A stretch of DNA of 64,000 bases, taken from IMG/VR virus record IMGVR_UViG_3300032318_002198. The stretch is one strand, 5' to 3'. A program made the translations under genes and the position numbers. Below, in pieces: positions 30,347 to 40,987 of this stretch (the first letter of the stretch is position 1; each line of letters begins with the position of its first letter). Source of the DNA: a virus (taxonomy: Duplodnaviria; Heunggongvirae; Uroviricota; Caudoviricetes). The notes under the pieces are model-generated. The model searched no databases. It had not been told where the DNA came from and worked only from the letters and a program-made list of their open reading frames with translations.

Positions 30347-30405
30347 ATCAACTCCTGTTGTGTTTCAATGTGTGTACTATAACAGAGTTCAAAGACCCTG
30401 TCAAC

Positions 30406-30783
30406 TTATCGGCTAAAACGCTGGATCACCTCAATCAGCGCAATAGCCAGATCATGTTCGTCACGCAATACCGCATCCGAAGCCAACTGGCGAACTTCTG
30501 CCAGCGTACCAACTTGCGTAACTTCGTGCACCAGAACACCGTTGCTACGCAGGACTTCGAGGTTATCCTTCAAAACCTTCTCAGCTGGGGCTGCACTATC
30601 GTCGTAATACGACGGGCGAGTGTCTTCCACACGGAAATGAACCAGTTGAGAACCTTGCTTCTCGGTGAGGTCCTTGGCTTCCTTGAGACCCAGGCCAGTC
30701 AGTTGACGCACAGCCTTGATCACACCCACACGATTGTAGTTTTGATGATCAGGAAAGATAATGTTGAAATGCTTGGAAATCAT
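30406..30783 (-). CDS. ribosomal protein bL12 (L7/L12) C-terminal-domain-containing protein
   Basis: VGVIKAVRQLTGLGLKEAKDLTE signature. Confidence 0.75.
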   Translation of the reverse strand: MISKHFNIIFPDHQNYNRVGVIKAVRQLTGLGLKEAKDLTEKQGSQLVHFRVEDTRPSYYDDSAAPAEKVLKDNLEVLRSNGVLVHEVTQVGTLAEVRQLASDAVLRDEHDLAIALIEVIQRFSR

Positions 30784-30853
30784 TTACGTTCCTTTGTGTT
30801 TCGCAGTGTCAGTATAATAACAGGATCCAAAGACCCTGTCAACTGAAGGTGTA

Positions 30854-31326
30854 TTACTTCAAGGGTTCGTACGCTTGAAACTCGTGGATTTGAAACTTGA
30901 GTATTGATTTCTCAAGGATCCCCTTCGGGAAAGTGATGGTCGCGTCGTAGACACCTTGATCAAGGGTTAAGGATCCAAGGATATGGATTGACTTCCGAAT
31001 AGATTTACAGAAGTCATGTGCTTCTTCAAGGGTGGGCTTCTCAACATAACCCTTAAATTCACCCAGAGAATTGATCACAGTGACATGGACTCGATAGCTC
31101 ATTTCGGTTGCCCCTTACTGTTGTTATCCCCAATTGCCTGCATGACTCCTGGGGTCATGCACACCTCCAAAAGGCCACGCATCATGTTTGAACCATGCTG
31201 AATCGACTGATCCAGCAGTTCTTGATAGTCATGCTCGTATCGTTGCAATCGAGCATTTTCATGCTCCAGTGTTTCGATGCGATTCTGCATCTTGATGATC
31301 TGATAGGCGAAATCTACGACATTCAT
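30854..31326 (-). other. two small hypothetical ORFs (30854..31102, 31099..31326)
   Basis: ATGA overlap, AGGAG RBS. Confidence 0.55.
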
Positions 31327-31454
31327 TTTGTCGCGGCTCCTTGCTGTTGATGTGTGTATTATGTGCTCAGGCGCACAACTAGCACTCGGGAACGCATCCA
31401 CTGAGTGAACGAAGTGTCTCCATTTCATGGTAGAACACAATACGGGCTGCTTCT

Positions 31455-31673
31455 TCAAGAGTATAGTTCATTCATGATGTCACTGATCTCTGCATCAACG
31501 ACTTCATCTTCATCATCTTCGTCATATCGAATGATGTCATTTGCACGAGCGAATTCCTTCACATCGTCCTCACTCATCCAACCCAACAGATCATTGATCA
31601 AACTATCCTTGTCCAATGCACCTTGTTCAACCATGTCCAAGAGGCGACAGGTATACTCACGAGTCCTTGCCAT
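31455..31673 (-). CDS. small acidic protein
   Basis: AAGGAG RBS; DEDDEDE-rich. Confidence 0.6.
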   Translation of the reverse strand: MARTREYTCRLLDMVEQGALDKDSLINDLLGWMSEDDVKEFARANDIIRYDEDDEDEVVDAEISDIMNELYS

Positions 31674-31867
31674 GATCTTCTCCTTACAGTGTTCTTAGAT
31701 CAGTCTCAGGGATGAAACGATTGGGATGTTTTGCTTTGTAAGTTTGGATAAGAGTTTGGATCTTGTCCTTGACTTGTTGAACACGTTCCTGAAACATCAT
31801 CAACTCCTGTTTGCTTACCATGACTCTAGTATAAGCTCGAACTAAAGCCAGAGCAACTGAAGGGTCT

Positions 31868-32125
31868 TTAGCGCATGAAACTGATGATGCCGTTGATTAC
31901 TCCTGCACCTGTAAGCATAATGCTGGCTGCATTAACTACGATCTGTGCATTGATTTTGACCCGAATAGCCCATGCCAGAAAACACATTGTTCCCACAAAG
32001 AAACAAAATGTATTCCAAGGCCAAGTAGCGGGGCCTACACCGTTAAGTGCATGACCCACCAAAATGAAAACCGCACCAGTCCATTGCAGGATGGAATCGA
32101 TTTGTTTGTAGGTTAGATGAATCAT
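31868..32125 (-). CDS. small multi-pass membrane protein
   Basis: three hydrophobic segments. Confidence 0.6.
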   Translation of the reverse strand: MIHLTYKQIDSILQWTGAVFILVGHALNGVGPATWPWNTFCFFVGTMCFLAWAIRVKINAQIVVNAASIMLTGAGVINGIISFMR

Positions 32126-32136
32126 TTTTACTCCTG

Positions 32137-32724
32137 TCAAGCAAACGGATCAACGAAAACAGGATGAGACCATTCGTTACGACACATGAAATTCTCCTTA
32201 TGGAGATCAAAAACAACTTTTTCGTAATCACCGTGTTCTTCGTCGATCTTCTTCAACAACTTGATTGCCCGCTTGAGATCCGAGTTAGGCTTTACGTCGA
32301 ATCCAATGGACTTGGCAGTATCGAGGAATTTTGAATTGTCTGATGAGCATTCGGAATCCAGCCCGGCGACAACCAAAGGCTCGAACTCTCGCCAAGTTTT
32401 CTTAGGAAGGCGTCGTAGACGTTCCATAGCCACAACAAAGAGATCGTCGTTGTCGCTGCCTTTTTTAGCACGGATATACCGCACACCGTAAATCTTAGGA
32501 AAGAACGGATTGTGTTTGGATTCTTTGATGACCTCGTTGACAAAGGTCAAATAAGGAAAATTGTCCTCAATACTTCCGACCTTGTAAGCAATCTTCGAAG
32601 ATTTCGAACCGAACACTTCGCCATAAATACCTGAACCGATCAAGCGATAGTCGCCCTGAAACTTTATCATCTCTTTTACAAAAGCATCAGGATTCGGAGT
32701 TTTGATGTGTTCGATTTTGATCAT
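32137..32724 (-). CDS. protein-kinase-like / APH-fold kinase
   Basis: IGSGIYGEVF, AYK, MERL, DLHKENFM, VFVDP. Confidence 0.75.
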   Translation of the reverse strand: MIKIEHIKTPNPDAFVKEMIKFQGDYRLIGSGIYGEVFGSKSSKIAYKVGSIEDNFPYLTFVNEVIKESKHNPFFPKIYGVRYIRAKKGSDNDDLFVVAMERLRRLPKKTWREFEPLVVAGLDSECSSDNSKFLDTAKSIGFDVKPNSDLKRAIKLLKKIDEEHGDYEKVVFDLHKENFMCRNEWSHPVFVDPFA

Positions 32725-32798
32725 TTGTGTTGCGGGTTGTTAACTGCAATGAATGCAGTATACGACATCGACTATACCCTGTCAACTGTAGGGTTGTT

Positions 32799-32874
32799 TG
32801 GTAGGACCGGGGAGGTTCGAACTCCCGACAAACGGATTAAAAGTCCGCTGCTCTACCGACTGAGCTACGATCCC
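32799..32874 (-). tRNA. tRNA-Lys (anticodon TTT)
   Basis: GGGATCG TAGCTCAGTCGGTAGAGC..CTTTTAA..GTTCGAA..CGGTCCT A CCA. Confidence 0.95.
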
Positions 32875-33458
32875 AAAAACTTAAATCTCCATCTCTCTGG
32901 CAACCTTAACAGCCTGAAGCATGGCCTTTGCAACGGCTTCCATCTCATTCAGAATTCCGAATCTAATGTAGACCGGGTCACTTGTAATCTCCTTCTCCTT
33001 ATAGTGAAGTGAGATTTCGTCCCCACAATTGACCTCATACTTATAGTCAAGATCGGTAGACACAGTTATGGAAACGCTGTTCTCGATGCTCATGTTTAAG
33101 TCCTTTTCAGTTACCATATTGAAACACATTGCGCTAGTTCTTCTCTGTTTGTCCGCACTGCCTACGCACGGTAGAGTCAATGTGTTTCAATATGGTGCCA
33201 ATACAGGCACCATGTGTATTTCAGTAATCTCCGAGATCGTAACGATTCTCGTACTCTGCATCAGGATCCGGATAATAGGCATCCTCGTCGACCGGTTCGT
33301 ACTCGTAACGCTCATCGTGATCACGCTCCAGAGAATCGTGATGCACAAAATCAACATCGTCGTCTTCGAACATCTTCAACTCCTTCTTTGCTACAGTTTC
33401 AACAGTATAAGCTCAAACAAAGACCCTGTCAACCATTGGGTTGTTCATTCCGTCCCTG

Positions 33459-33851
33459 TTAACTAACGAATTCGACCATTTCATCGAGCTTACGGTTGAA
33501 CTTCTTCATCCAAGCCTTGTAGAACTCGTGACCTGCATCCAACGACACATAATCGTCGCCTTGCATACCTTGCTCGCTGTACGCTACATCGTCGTCTGGC
33601 AGACCATGTGCATTGAGGAACTTTTTCAGTTCGCGTTTGAACAGGCTGTCAGTGTAGATCAAACCGTCTCTCTCGACATCCCAGGTATTGGTGTCAAAGT
33701 AGACGCGCAGTTCGCCGCATAGATCATCCGGAGAATGGAACGTGCTCAACCAACAATATGCTTTTTCCAACTGAATGTCGGTGATTGTCACAGCCTTCGC
33801 TTTTCTGCTCCAAAATCCGTCACCACAGGTGTTCAAAATTACCTTGTTCAT
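33459..33851 (-). CDS. hypothetical protein
   Basis: AAGGAG RBS, own promoter; YSEQGMQG motif. Confidence 0.65.
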   Translation of the reverse strand: MNKVILNTCGDGFWSRKAKAVTITDIQLEKAYCWLSTFHSPDDLCGELRVYFDTNTWDVERDGLIYTDSLFKRELKKFLNAHGLPDDDVAYSEQGMQGDDYVSLDAGHEFYKAWMKKFNRKLDEMVEFVS

Positions 33852-33922
33852 TGCTTGCTCCTTGGTGTTTCGCAATATCAGTACTATAACAGGATCCAAA
33901 GACCCTGTCAATTACTGGGTCT

Positions 33923-34174
33923 TTACGCAAACCTTGCATAGGAACGAATTGCGGTATATTCTTCATACACCTCGGTGAACTGGGGAATGATCCCTTGACT
34001 CTTGCATGCATTCACGAATTCACCGGCATCACAGTCTTCTTCAAGATAGGCAAACTCGCCTTTGCGATATGAGTATGGGGAGATCTTGTGTCGAATACCC
34101 AATTGGTCGATCATGTTCATGGGTACTTCAATCCAACCATGACCCGGGTCAGAGATAAAACGAATGTTCATCAA
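33923..34174 (-). CDS. hypothetical protein
   Basis: DPGHGW..YLEEDCDA; AAGGAG RBS. Confidence 0.65.
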   Translation of the reverse strand: MMNIRFISDPGHGWIEVPMNMIDQLGIRHKISPYSYRKGEFAYLEEDCDAGEFVNACKSQGIIPQFTEVYEEYTAIRSYARFA

Positions 34175-34236
34175 GTGCTCCTTGTTGCAATGCAGATATT
34201 ATAGCACCTCCCAAGGAGGTGCTATTAGTCGAACCC

Positions 34237-34707
34237 TTACCAACTGGAGCGGTATTCGAATTCCCACTGTTCATGCAGTGTAAGGCAATCGTCTATGATC
34301 CGGATGGTATTCTCCAAATCATCGAAGTAATGTTGATCGTAATCGGTGCTGCCGAAGAAGAATCCGTCGGCAGTGGGCAACAGTTCCGAAGCCCGCGCAC
34401 AATCCTCCAACACCTGTTTGCAGAGCTCTTTGAGCGCTTCCAGTTGTCCACGACCCACTGGGTAACTGCCACAGTCGTCCTTGCCCTCCTGGACATTGCG
34501 TACAAACCAGCCGTGAACAGCATTGACCTTGCGCCAATAGCCTGCTTCGATGCTGACTTCTTTGACGGGAGAAGCATCGCCGAAACGACCTTTCCGATTT
34601 GCCAACTCAGGAAACACTTCTGCAATGAGCTTCATCTTAGCCTCATCTCCTTCGTGGAAATACTTGCTCATGTACCGCTTGGCATTCAAATACATATCCA
34701 GACCCAT
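34237..34707 (-). CDS. hypothetical phage protein
   Basis: MGLDMY..YWRKVNAVHGWF..LLPT..GFFFGS; AAGGAG RBS. Confidence 0.7.
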   Translation of the reverse strand: MGLDMYLNAKRYMSKYFHEGDEAKMKLIAEVFPELANRKGRFGDASPVKEVSIEAGYWRKVNAVHGWFVRNVQEGKDDCGSYPVGRGQLEALKELCKQVLEDCARASELLPTADGFFFGSTDYDQHYFDDLENTIRIIDDCLTLHEQWEFEYRSSW

Positions 34708-35644
34708 GATCTACTCCTTACTGGTTGCAATGTGTGTATTATGTGCTGACACTATGTCTGTGTCAAACACTTATTCAAAAACCCTAGTAAATCCTCGGAT
34801 TTACCCTGCTTGTCGGATGAGAATCATTGTATAGGCTCCGGGGTTGAGTGGGTGGCCGTCAGTGCCGTGGCTTACTTGGTCATAACAACTCGGACAGAAC
34901 GTCCCCGTGATGCCGTAGTAATTTCGCAAGTGCCACCACTGAGGTGACTCTGGCTGTCCAAACTCACGAGTATCGTGAGTACCACAATTGTTGCAAGTCA
35001 TTGTGATTGTAAACATGATGCTCGAAACTCCTCAAAGAGATATCCGTCCTCAATGGCTGCGGTCAACGTATGACCATTACAGATCACACGATCACCCGCA
35101 CTGTGTTCCATGATGTATTCGGAATACTGCTGATCCAACTCGAAATTGTCGAATGCGTGATCGAACTCTTCTTCAGTCATTGCCGTTTCTTCCAAAGAAA
35201 ACCGAGACTCATACCGTCAACAAAACTGCGTTTGAATGCGGAATCAGGAGCCCAAAGGATGTATCCCAGCACAAGACCCGATACCCACATAAAAATGTGT
35301 GAAACTACTTCAATCATCATAGACTCCTTTTACTTGATGTCAGCAGTATAACTGAAAACAAAGACCCAATCTACTGGTAGGTCTTTAGGAATGAGTGTAG
35401 CCGTCACGCTCAATGCCTAACCACATACCACACCACCGCACCATAACACAATCCCATCCGGGCTGCACCGTTCGACGGAATGCAAGAAAGCTCAAACCTT
35501 GGTTGTCTTGCAGCCACTTGCGAAGCAGTGATTGCCGCTGTGCCTTGTTCAGTTGAACCATCTTTTTCTCCTGTTTTCTAACTTGAACACAGTATAACAA
35601 AGAACAAAGACCCAGTCAATGGCCAGGTCTTTGATCTCAAACAA

Positions 35645-36559
35645 TCACTGCGTCAACACATATTCAGCAAGATTGCGCCAGTCACGCCCACCACCAGCAC
35701 GAATACGAGCAACAGCCTGCAAACTGCGCAAACTGATCTCCTGCGCACGATCACCAACGGATTCAATCAACTGCAAACTGTCACGCAGATGACCGCGATC
35801 CATTTCGGGCATGAACTCGTCACTTTCAGCCAACACACCCATACGCTCCAACTTTTGCGCACGAGTCATAGCCAAATCAACTACATATGCACGAGTCTTC
35901 AACGCCAAATCCAATTGGCTACGACGCATGTTACTGATGAACACAACCCGCCCATTGAAGATGAAACTGCGCGGCAAATCCTCATCACGCAGATCTGCAT
36001 TCCAGGAAATGATACGGCGATCATAACTGTCCAACGCACCCTTGAGCAGATTCAACGCAACTGGATCACGCAACACACTGTCACAGTCATCAAAAACAAT
36101 GACTGAATCCTTGTTCATGAACAACTCACGATACAAACCCTTGGCGGTACTGTAACCCTTGATCTGCTTGAAACTGCGCTCGGGACTTTCAGTTTCACGA
36201 CCCGAAACATCCTTCAAACCAGCAGCGGTCAAACCTGCTACTACAGTGTGAGTCTTACCCAACCCACCAGGCCCAGTCACAATCAAACTGACTGCACGAC
36301 CACGAGCAACCATGGTAACCAAATCAGTTACGAATTGAAAACGCTGGTTGATGTTCCAAGCACTTTGCTCAGGATCCACGGCATCACCTGCCACTCCACG
36401 TACTTCAGCACGAACATCATCACCACGAATGGGCACACTCTTGTAACCAGCCTTGGCCATCATCTTGACCACGCGAGTTTGATCATAACTCTTGACAATG
36501 CGCTGACCATTGGCCACGCCCACCCACTTACCATCCTGAAAAATGATTTCTGTAGCCAC
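35645..36559 (-). CDS. AAA+ family ATPase, paralog of 24977..25843
   Basis: GPGGLGKT, VFDDCD, LNLLKGALDS, VFISN. Confidence 0.85.
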   Translation of the reverse strand: MATEIIFQDGKWVGVANGQRIVKSYDQTRVVKMMAKAGYKSVPIRGDDVRAEVRGVAGDAVDPEQSAWNINQRFQFVTDLVTMVARGRAVSLIVTGPGGLGKTHTVVAGLTAAGLKDVSGRETESPERSFKQIKGYSTAKGLYRELFMNKDSVIVFDDCDSVLRDPVALNLLKGALDSYDRRIISWNADLRDEDLPRSFIFNGRVVFISNMRRSQLDLALKTRAYVVDLAMTRAQKLERMGVLAESDEFMPEMDRGHLRDSLQLIESVGDRAQEISLRSLQAVARIRAGGGRDWRNLAEYVLTQ

Positions 36560-36692
36560 AAACTACTCCTTAACAGTGAAACAACACATGCACTATAACA
36601 GAAAACAATACCCTACTCAATCATAGGGTCTTAAACTACGGCAGGAACTCATTGGCCTTGCGGTAAAAGTCCACTGTACAACAATTACCAAA

Positions 36693-37088
36693 CTATGAAA
36701 AAAGGCGAACTACCACAGCCTCCGCATACGGCGTCAACGTTCGGTACAGTTTGCTACCTTCGTAGGTGTTGCCACAATACCAAACACCATCCTTGAAAAT
36801 GTAATACCACTCACAATTGGCGTTATTACATTTCGTGAAGAACTCTTCAAAATTCGCATAGTCTCGCGATCCGACACCACGTGCCTCGGCACACCCTCTC
36901 CAGCGGTTCTTGAAATAACCTTCTTCCAAAAAACTACGATCTCCATGGCTGATTAGTTTTTTGACATCACTATGAATAGCGTAATCTTGCAGTTGAGCAC
37001 CAACACCCTCCAAATGACCATCGTAATGAACATAAACAGCACTACACACATTGCCAACCATCATACCTACAAAACTATGAGGTCTCAT
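36693..37088 (-). CDS. hypothetical protein
   Basis: AVYVHYDG..GVG..EWYYIF; first gene of the leftward block. Confidence 0.6.
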   Translation of the reverse strand: MRPHSFVGMMVGNVCSAVYVHYDGHLEGVGAQLQDYAIHSDVKKLISHGDRSFLEEGYFKNRWRGCAEARGVGSRDYANFEEFFTKCNNANCEWYYIFKDGVWYCGNTYEGSKLYRTLTPYAEAVVVRLFS

Positions 37089-37279
37089 TAAGGACTCCTC
37101 GATGTTGCAAAACCCACACTATATGCTCTACCTAAAACCCTGTCAATCAGTCTACTATCTACCCCACACTTACTTTCACCCTCCCCAGTTTACCTAAACC
37201 CCACTTCACGGGGTCCACCCTACCCCACGACACTACTACCACTATCATGGGGTAAACACACGGGGTACGTGATACTATA

Positions 37280-37530
37280 AACGATATTCTAATACGATAT
37301 TCTAATACGAATATCTCTTGAATATTGACTCTGAGAGATTCTTGAATCTACACGACCCAATATCCATCAATATCTATATATACTAATACGATACTATACG
37401 ATACTCTAATACTGATACTCTCGGTGATACTCTAATACGATACGATATTCTAATACGATACTCTTAGTAATACTAATGTGAAGTAATACTAATATGATAC
37501 TATACAATACTAATACGATATTCTGATACA
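37280..37530 (+). repeat. degenerate TAATACGATAYTC tandem repeats
   Basis: many copies or fragments of TAATACGATA(T/C)TC in non-coding DNA. Confidence 0.8.
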
Positions 37531-37763
37531 AGTATTTTATTAAAGGTATATTAAAAAGTGGTTGATTTGATGCGATTTGATTAGAATTTAGCTGTTTTTC
37601 CACTCACTTTTTAAGTATTTTAAGCTGTTTTTAAGGCTTTTGACCCATGGGTTTAGAAGAGTAGATCAAGTATACTCTACAGTGAAAATTACAGTTTTTT
37701 AGAGTACTTAGATTTTGAGAGGGTGAATGGGATGACTGGCTATACTTCACTCTCCACCGCCCT

Positions 37764-37851
37764 TTTCCCTATAATTCTCAGTTCATTTCCCTATAATTCT
37801 CAGTTCATTTCTGGGTAATTCTCCGGTTATTTTTGGGTAGTTCTAGGGTCG
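37764..37851 (+). repeat. four 22-bp tandem iteron-like repeats
   Basis: TTTCCCTATAATTCTCAGTTCA x2, then TTTCTGGGTAATTCTCCGGTTA and TTTTTGGGTAGTTCTAGGGTCG. Confidence 0.75.
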
Positions 37852-38177
37852 TTTTCGTGTATGGATTTTGTTCTTTTGTTTTTAGTATGTGTGTATATGT
37901 ATATGTGTACATATCGATTAAGTATAAGGGTATGTAGTGTAAGTTCGAGTCATATGTTATATGTATTGTGTATATAAGGGTAAGTCAGGGTTGTTGCCAG
38001 GATTGTTACAGCGGGGTATTTAATAGTATAGGGTATTATCCTGTTTGGGTATGGAGTAGTAGGGTGAGTTCGAGTGTAGATGGGTAGTTGAGTAATTGTT
38101 ACAGCGGGGTATTTAGTAGTGGGTCAGTTCTATTGTTTATAAAAATCTATAAATATAGGAATAGGGAGTATGGTGGA

Positions 38178-39047
38178 ATGAAGCTTGCTGAAATATCTAG
38201 GCGTGGGTTTTTAAGTAAAGTCGGAGCAGGAGTTAGTGCGACGATAATGCCAGGTAAGGAGATCTCTGCGTTAGTCAATACGTTTACTGCCGAAGCTGGT
38301 GGAGTAAGTAATCTAAAGATTTTATCGCAGCTTATAAGCATGTTCGGTCTATCGACGGTAGGAGAGTTTTTCGTTTTTAATACAGGAGAAACCACGTTTG
38401 TAGATGTATTAAGTCGTCAGGAGCGGAAGGATCTTGCTGAGAAAATTTTGCAGCTTCCGGAAAAAGAAGTTGAACCGGAGGCATTAGCCCATTGGGAACA
38501 TGATCGTAGGCACTTTAGGGAGTTGGATGAGAATGATCCTGTATATATTATAAATCGTTATTTCGTGTTAAATGAGCTTATTCGTTTACATGATATAGAT
38601 ATTGCCAAGTGGGCGTCAAAGTTAATCGGCAGGAAATTGGATTATCTTTGAGCGGTAGAAGTTATACGTAAGTATGGAGTCGATGAATACGCCTTTTTTG
38701 AGTTTGAAGATGGTGGGATCGGTGAGGTGTTAGGTCGAATGCTCCAACAGGATCCGACTTTTATGTTGCATCGTAATAATCCTGAAATAGGTACGTTAGG
38801 GGATCAAGCAGAGGCCGCCGGTTTACCAGCAAACACAGTTAGGATAGCAACGCTTATATCTTCAATTTATAACAAGATCTTCGGGAAGAGTTCGCCTGCG
38901 GATGTACAGCCTGCTACGCCAGTTTCTCCTGCTTCGGAAAAGCCTGTTGCATTGCCTGCGCCGTCGGATGATGGAATTGTCGGGGGGATAAATGACATTA
39001 GCAGGATGAAAGATTTAGCAGGTATAAAAAAGAGTTCTTCTAGTTAA
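38178..39047 (+). CDS. late protein with SRRGFL motif, interrupted by an in-frame TGA at 38649
   Basis: TATAAATA 38148-38155; MKLAEISRRGFL; frame stays open past the TGA into track ORF 38727..39047. Confidence 0.55.
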
Positions 39048-39128
39048 TCTGTTTTAAGTATTAGTATGAGACAATTCGGATGTTATGGTGTATAAATATC
39101 AGGTATATAGTTTATAGGAGTATAATCA

Positions 39129-40688
39129 ATGCCTACGCCAAGTAGTGGAAGTCCAATATCGTTCAGTCAAATAATGTCGGAGTTTGCTGCCAATCCGTTC
39201 AGATATCATGTACAGCCAAGTATATTCGGTTATAGTACGGGGAATTCGTATTGGATAAGAGCTGAGCCGGAGCCGGCGGGGCGAGTGCGGCTACCTCGGT
39301 TCTCGATACAAGTAGTATGGGAAGGAGTAGTAGTATTCAGTCAAACGACTATAGGAGAGTATCCGCCGTCGTGGAATATGACGCAATTCACCGGTGATTC
39401 TGGGATAATATATTTTAGGGGTCCGGGTGCGGGTAATAGTTTTTCAGTACAGCGTCAAGTGCTGAAGAATGTAAGAGATCAAATGCCGTATTCATTAAGT
39501 GATTATGGAGTTGTATATGGGTCAAGTGGAGACAATGTAAATTTTGTGCCCGACAGTAGTTTTTATGGGCCCGCGGCATTCAAGAATGGGATATTAACTA
39601 ACATTCCTAGTAGGGGTAGTTCTATCAGTTTCAGTAATTTTCAAGGGTTCTCAGCCAGGACCATGGTAGGGGATAATTTAGGACCGACGTATCAGCAAGT
39701 GATAGCGGAAATGCCTCCCGGGAGGTATTTTGTAGCGTTAAGGGCCATAGGTGGAGGTGGAGGAGGCGGGCCGCAGGATTCTCGTCGGGGTGGTGATGGT
39801 GGGGCAGGGGTATACATTCAGGGTACATTGATATTGCAGTCCTCAGAATCGATAAGGATATTAGCCAGTGTTGGTGGGGGTGGTGCAGGAGGGCCCTATG
39901 GGAATGGAAGCAGTTATGGTAATACTGCCGGGGGGACGGTCGGAGGTAGTTCCAGTCAGGCCAATCCTGTTGGTGGTGCGGGAGGTAGGGCTGGATATAG
40001 TGGTACCAGTGGATTCGGTGGCGGCGGGGGTGGTGCCACTGAAGTATGGGTTCAATATGGTTCAACTGCTCCCTTCTTATTATGTGTAGCCGGTGGCGGT
40101 GGCGGTGGCGGTGGCGGAGGGAACAGGGATTGGCCCCTTGGATATGATTCTAATGCCAAGCATGGTAATCGAGACATCGGTGGGTTGATCCTGGGTAATA
40201 CTTCAAATAGACTTTTGTATGGTGGGCGTGGGCAAGATGCTGCTGAAAGCACTTGGACAAGTATATATTATGATCCGGAAAGCAATACCTCCAGTTTCGC
40301 AGGTTATGTATCAGTTGCCGATGGTGGAGGAAGTGGTGGTGCTGGGGGTGGTCAAACGGCCGCCGGGATTGGCGGTGGAGCTTATGCAGTGGGGCAAGGT
40401 TGGTACGAGCAAACTGGTCTAGGTGGAAATAGTGGTTGGGCTTTTAGAAATAATCAAAGTTTTACTTGGTTAAGTTCTAGTCAAACATTCTCTTATCGAA
40501 CTTGGCGGCCGATGGCTGGTAGTGCCTTCGGTGGTGCATGGGGTGCGGGTGGTTTAGCAGGTCAATCCAATGGTTCATGGGGCAGTAATGGTGTACGTGG
40601 TAATGTAGAAGTTTCTTATTCTAATATAGGTATAAATGAAATAGCAGCATTAAGAAGTTTCGTTAATAATTCTACAAATTTTTGGTAA
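39129..40688 (+). CDS. glycine-rich tail fibre/adhesin-like protein
   Basis: PSSGSPISFSQI N-terminus, GGGGGG blocks; TATAAATA promoter at 39091. Confidence 0.7.
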   Translation: MPTPSSGSPISFSQIMSEFAANPFRYHVQPSIFGYSTGNSYWIRAEPEPAGRVRLPRFSIQVVWEGVVVFSQTTIGEYPPSWNMTQFTGDSGIIYFRGPGAGNSFSVQRQVLKNVRDQMPYSLSDYGVVYGSSGDNVNFVPDSSFYGPAAFKNGILTNIPSRGSSISFSNFQGFSARTMVGDNLGPTYQQVIAEMPPGRYFVALRAIGGGGGGGPQDSRRGGDGGAGVYIQGTLILQSSESIRILASVGGGGAGGPYGNGSSYGNTAGGTVGGSSSQANPVGGAGGRAGYSGTSGFGGGGGGATEVWVQYGSTAPFLLCVAGGGGGGGGGGNRDWPLGYDSNAKHGNRDIGGLILGNTSNRLLYGGRGQDAAESTWTSIYYDPESNTSSFAGYVSVADGGGSGGAGGGQTAAGIGGGAYAVGQGWYEQTGLGGNSGWAFRNNQSFTWLSSSQTFSYRTWRPMAGSAFGGAWGAGGLAGQSNGSWGSNGVRGNVEVSYSNIGINEIAALRSFVNNSTNFW

Positions 40689-40693
40689 AAAGT

Positions 40694-40987
40694 ATGATAG
40701 CACATGAAATAGCAGATTTAGAAATTGATCAAACCGTTCAGGGTAGTGAAAAGTTTGTGAGATTTGTAACGATCAAATCCACGGCCAAAGATGCCAATTC
40801 TAATATTATTCAAATAACATATACAATGTTTTTAATGTTTGAAAATTCCGAAGGACCTTATATCTCTTATGAGGATATAACTATTGAACGAGTATTAGAG
40901 TGGGTCAAAGACCGTGAGGACTTTATTTGGTTAGAAAAAACGTTAACTGAAAATATTATACGAGCACAAAGTCAGTCAAATACCTGA
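40694..40987 (+). CDS. hypothetical, possible fibre-assembly protein
   Basis: YISYEDITIERVLEWV; follows the fibre gene. Confidence 0.5.
   Translation: MIAHEIADLEIDQTVQGSEKFVRFVTIKSTAKDANSNIIQITYTMFLMFENSEGPYISYEDITIERVLEWVKDREDFIWLEKTLTENIIRAQSQSNT

Noticed and set aside
37280-37530. CRISPR array
   Set aside because: Repeats are short, degenerate and abutting, with no unique regular spacers; no cas genes in the window.
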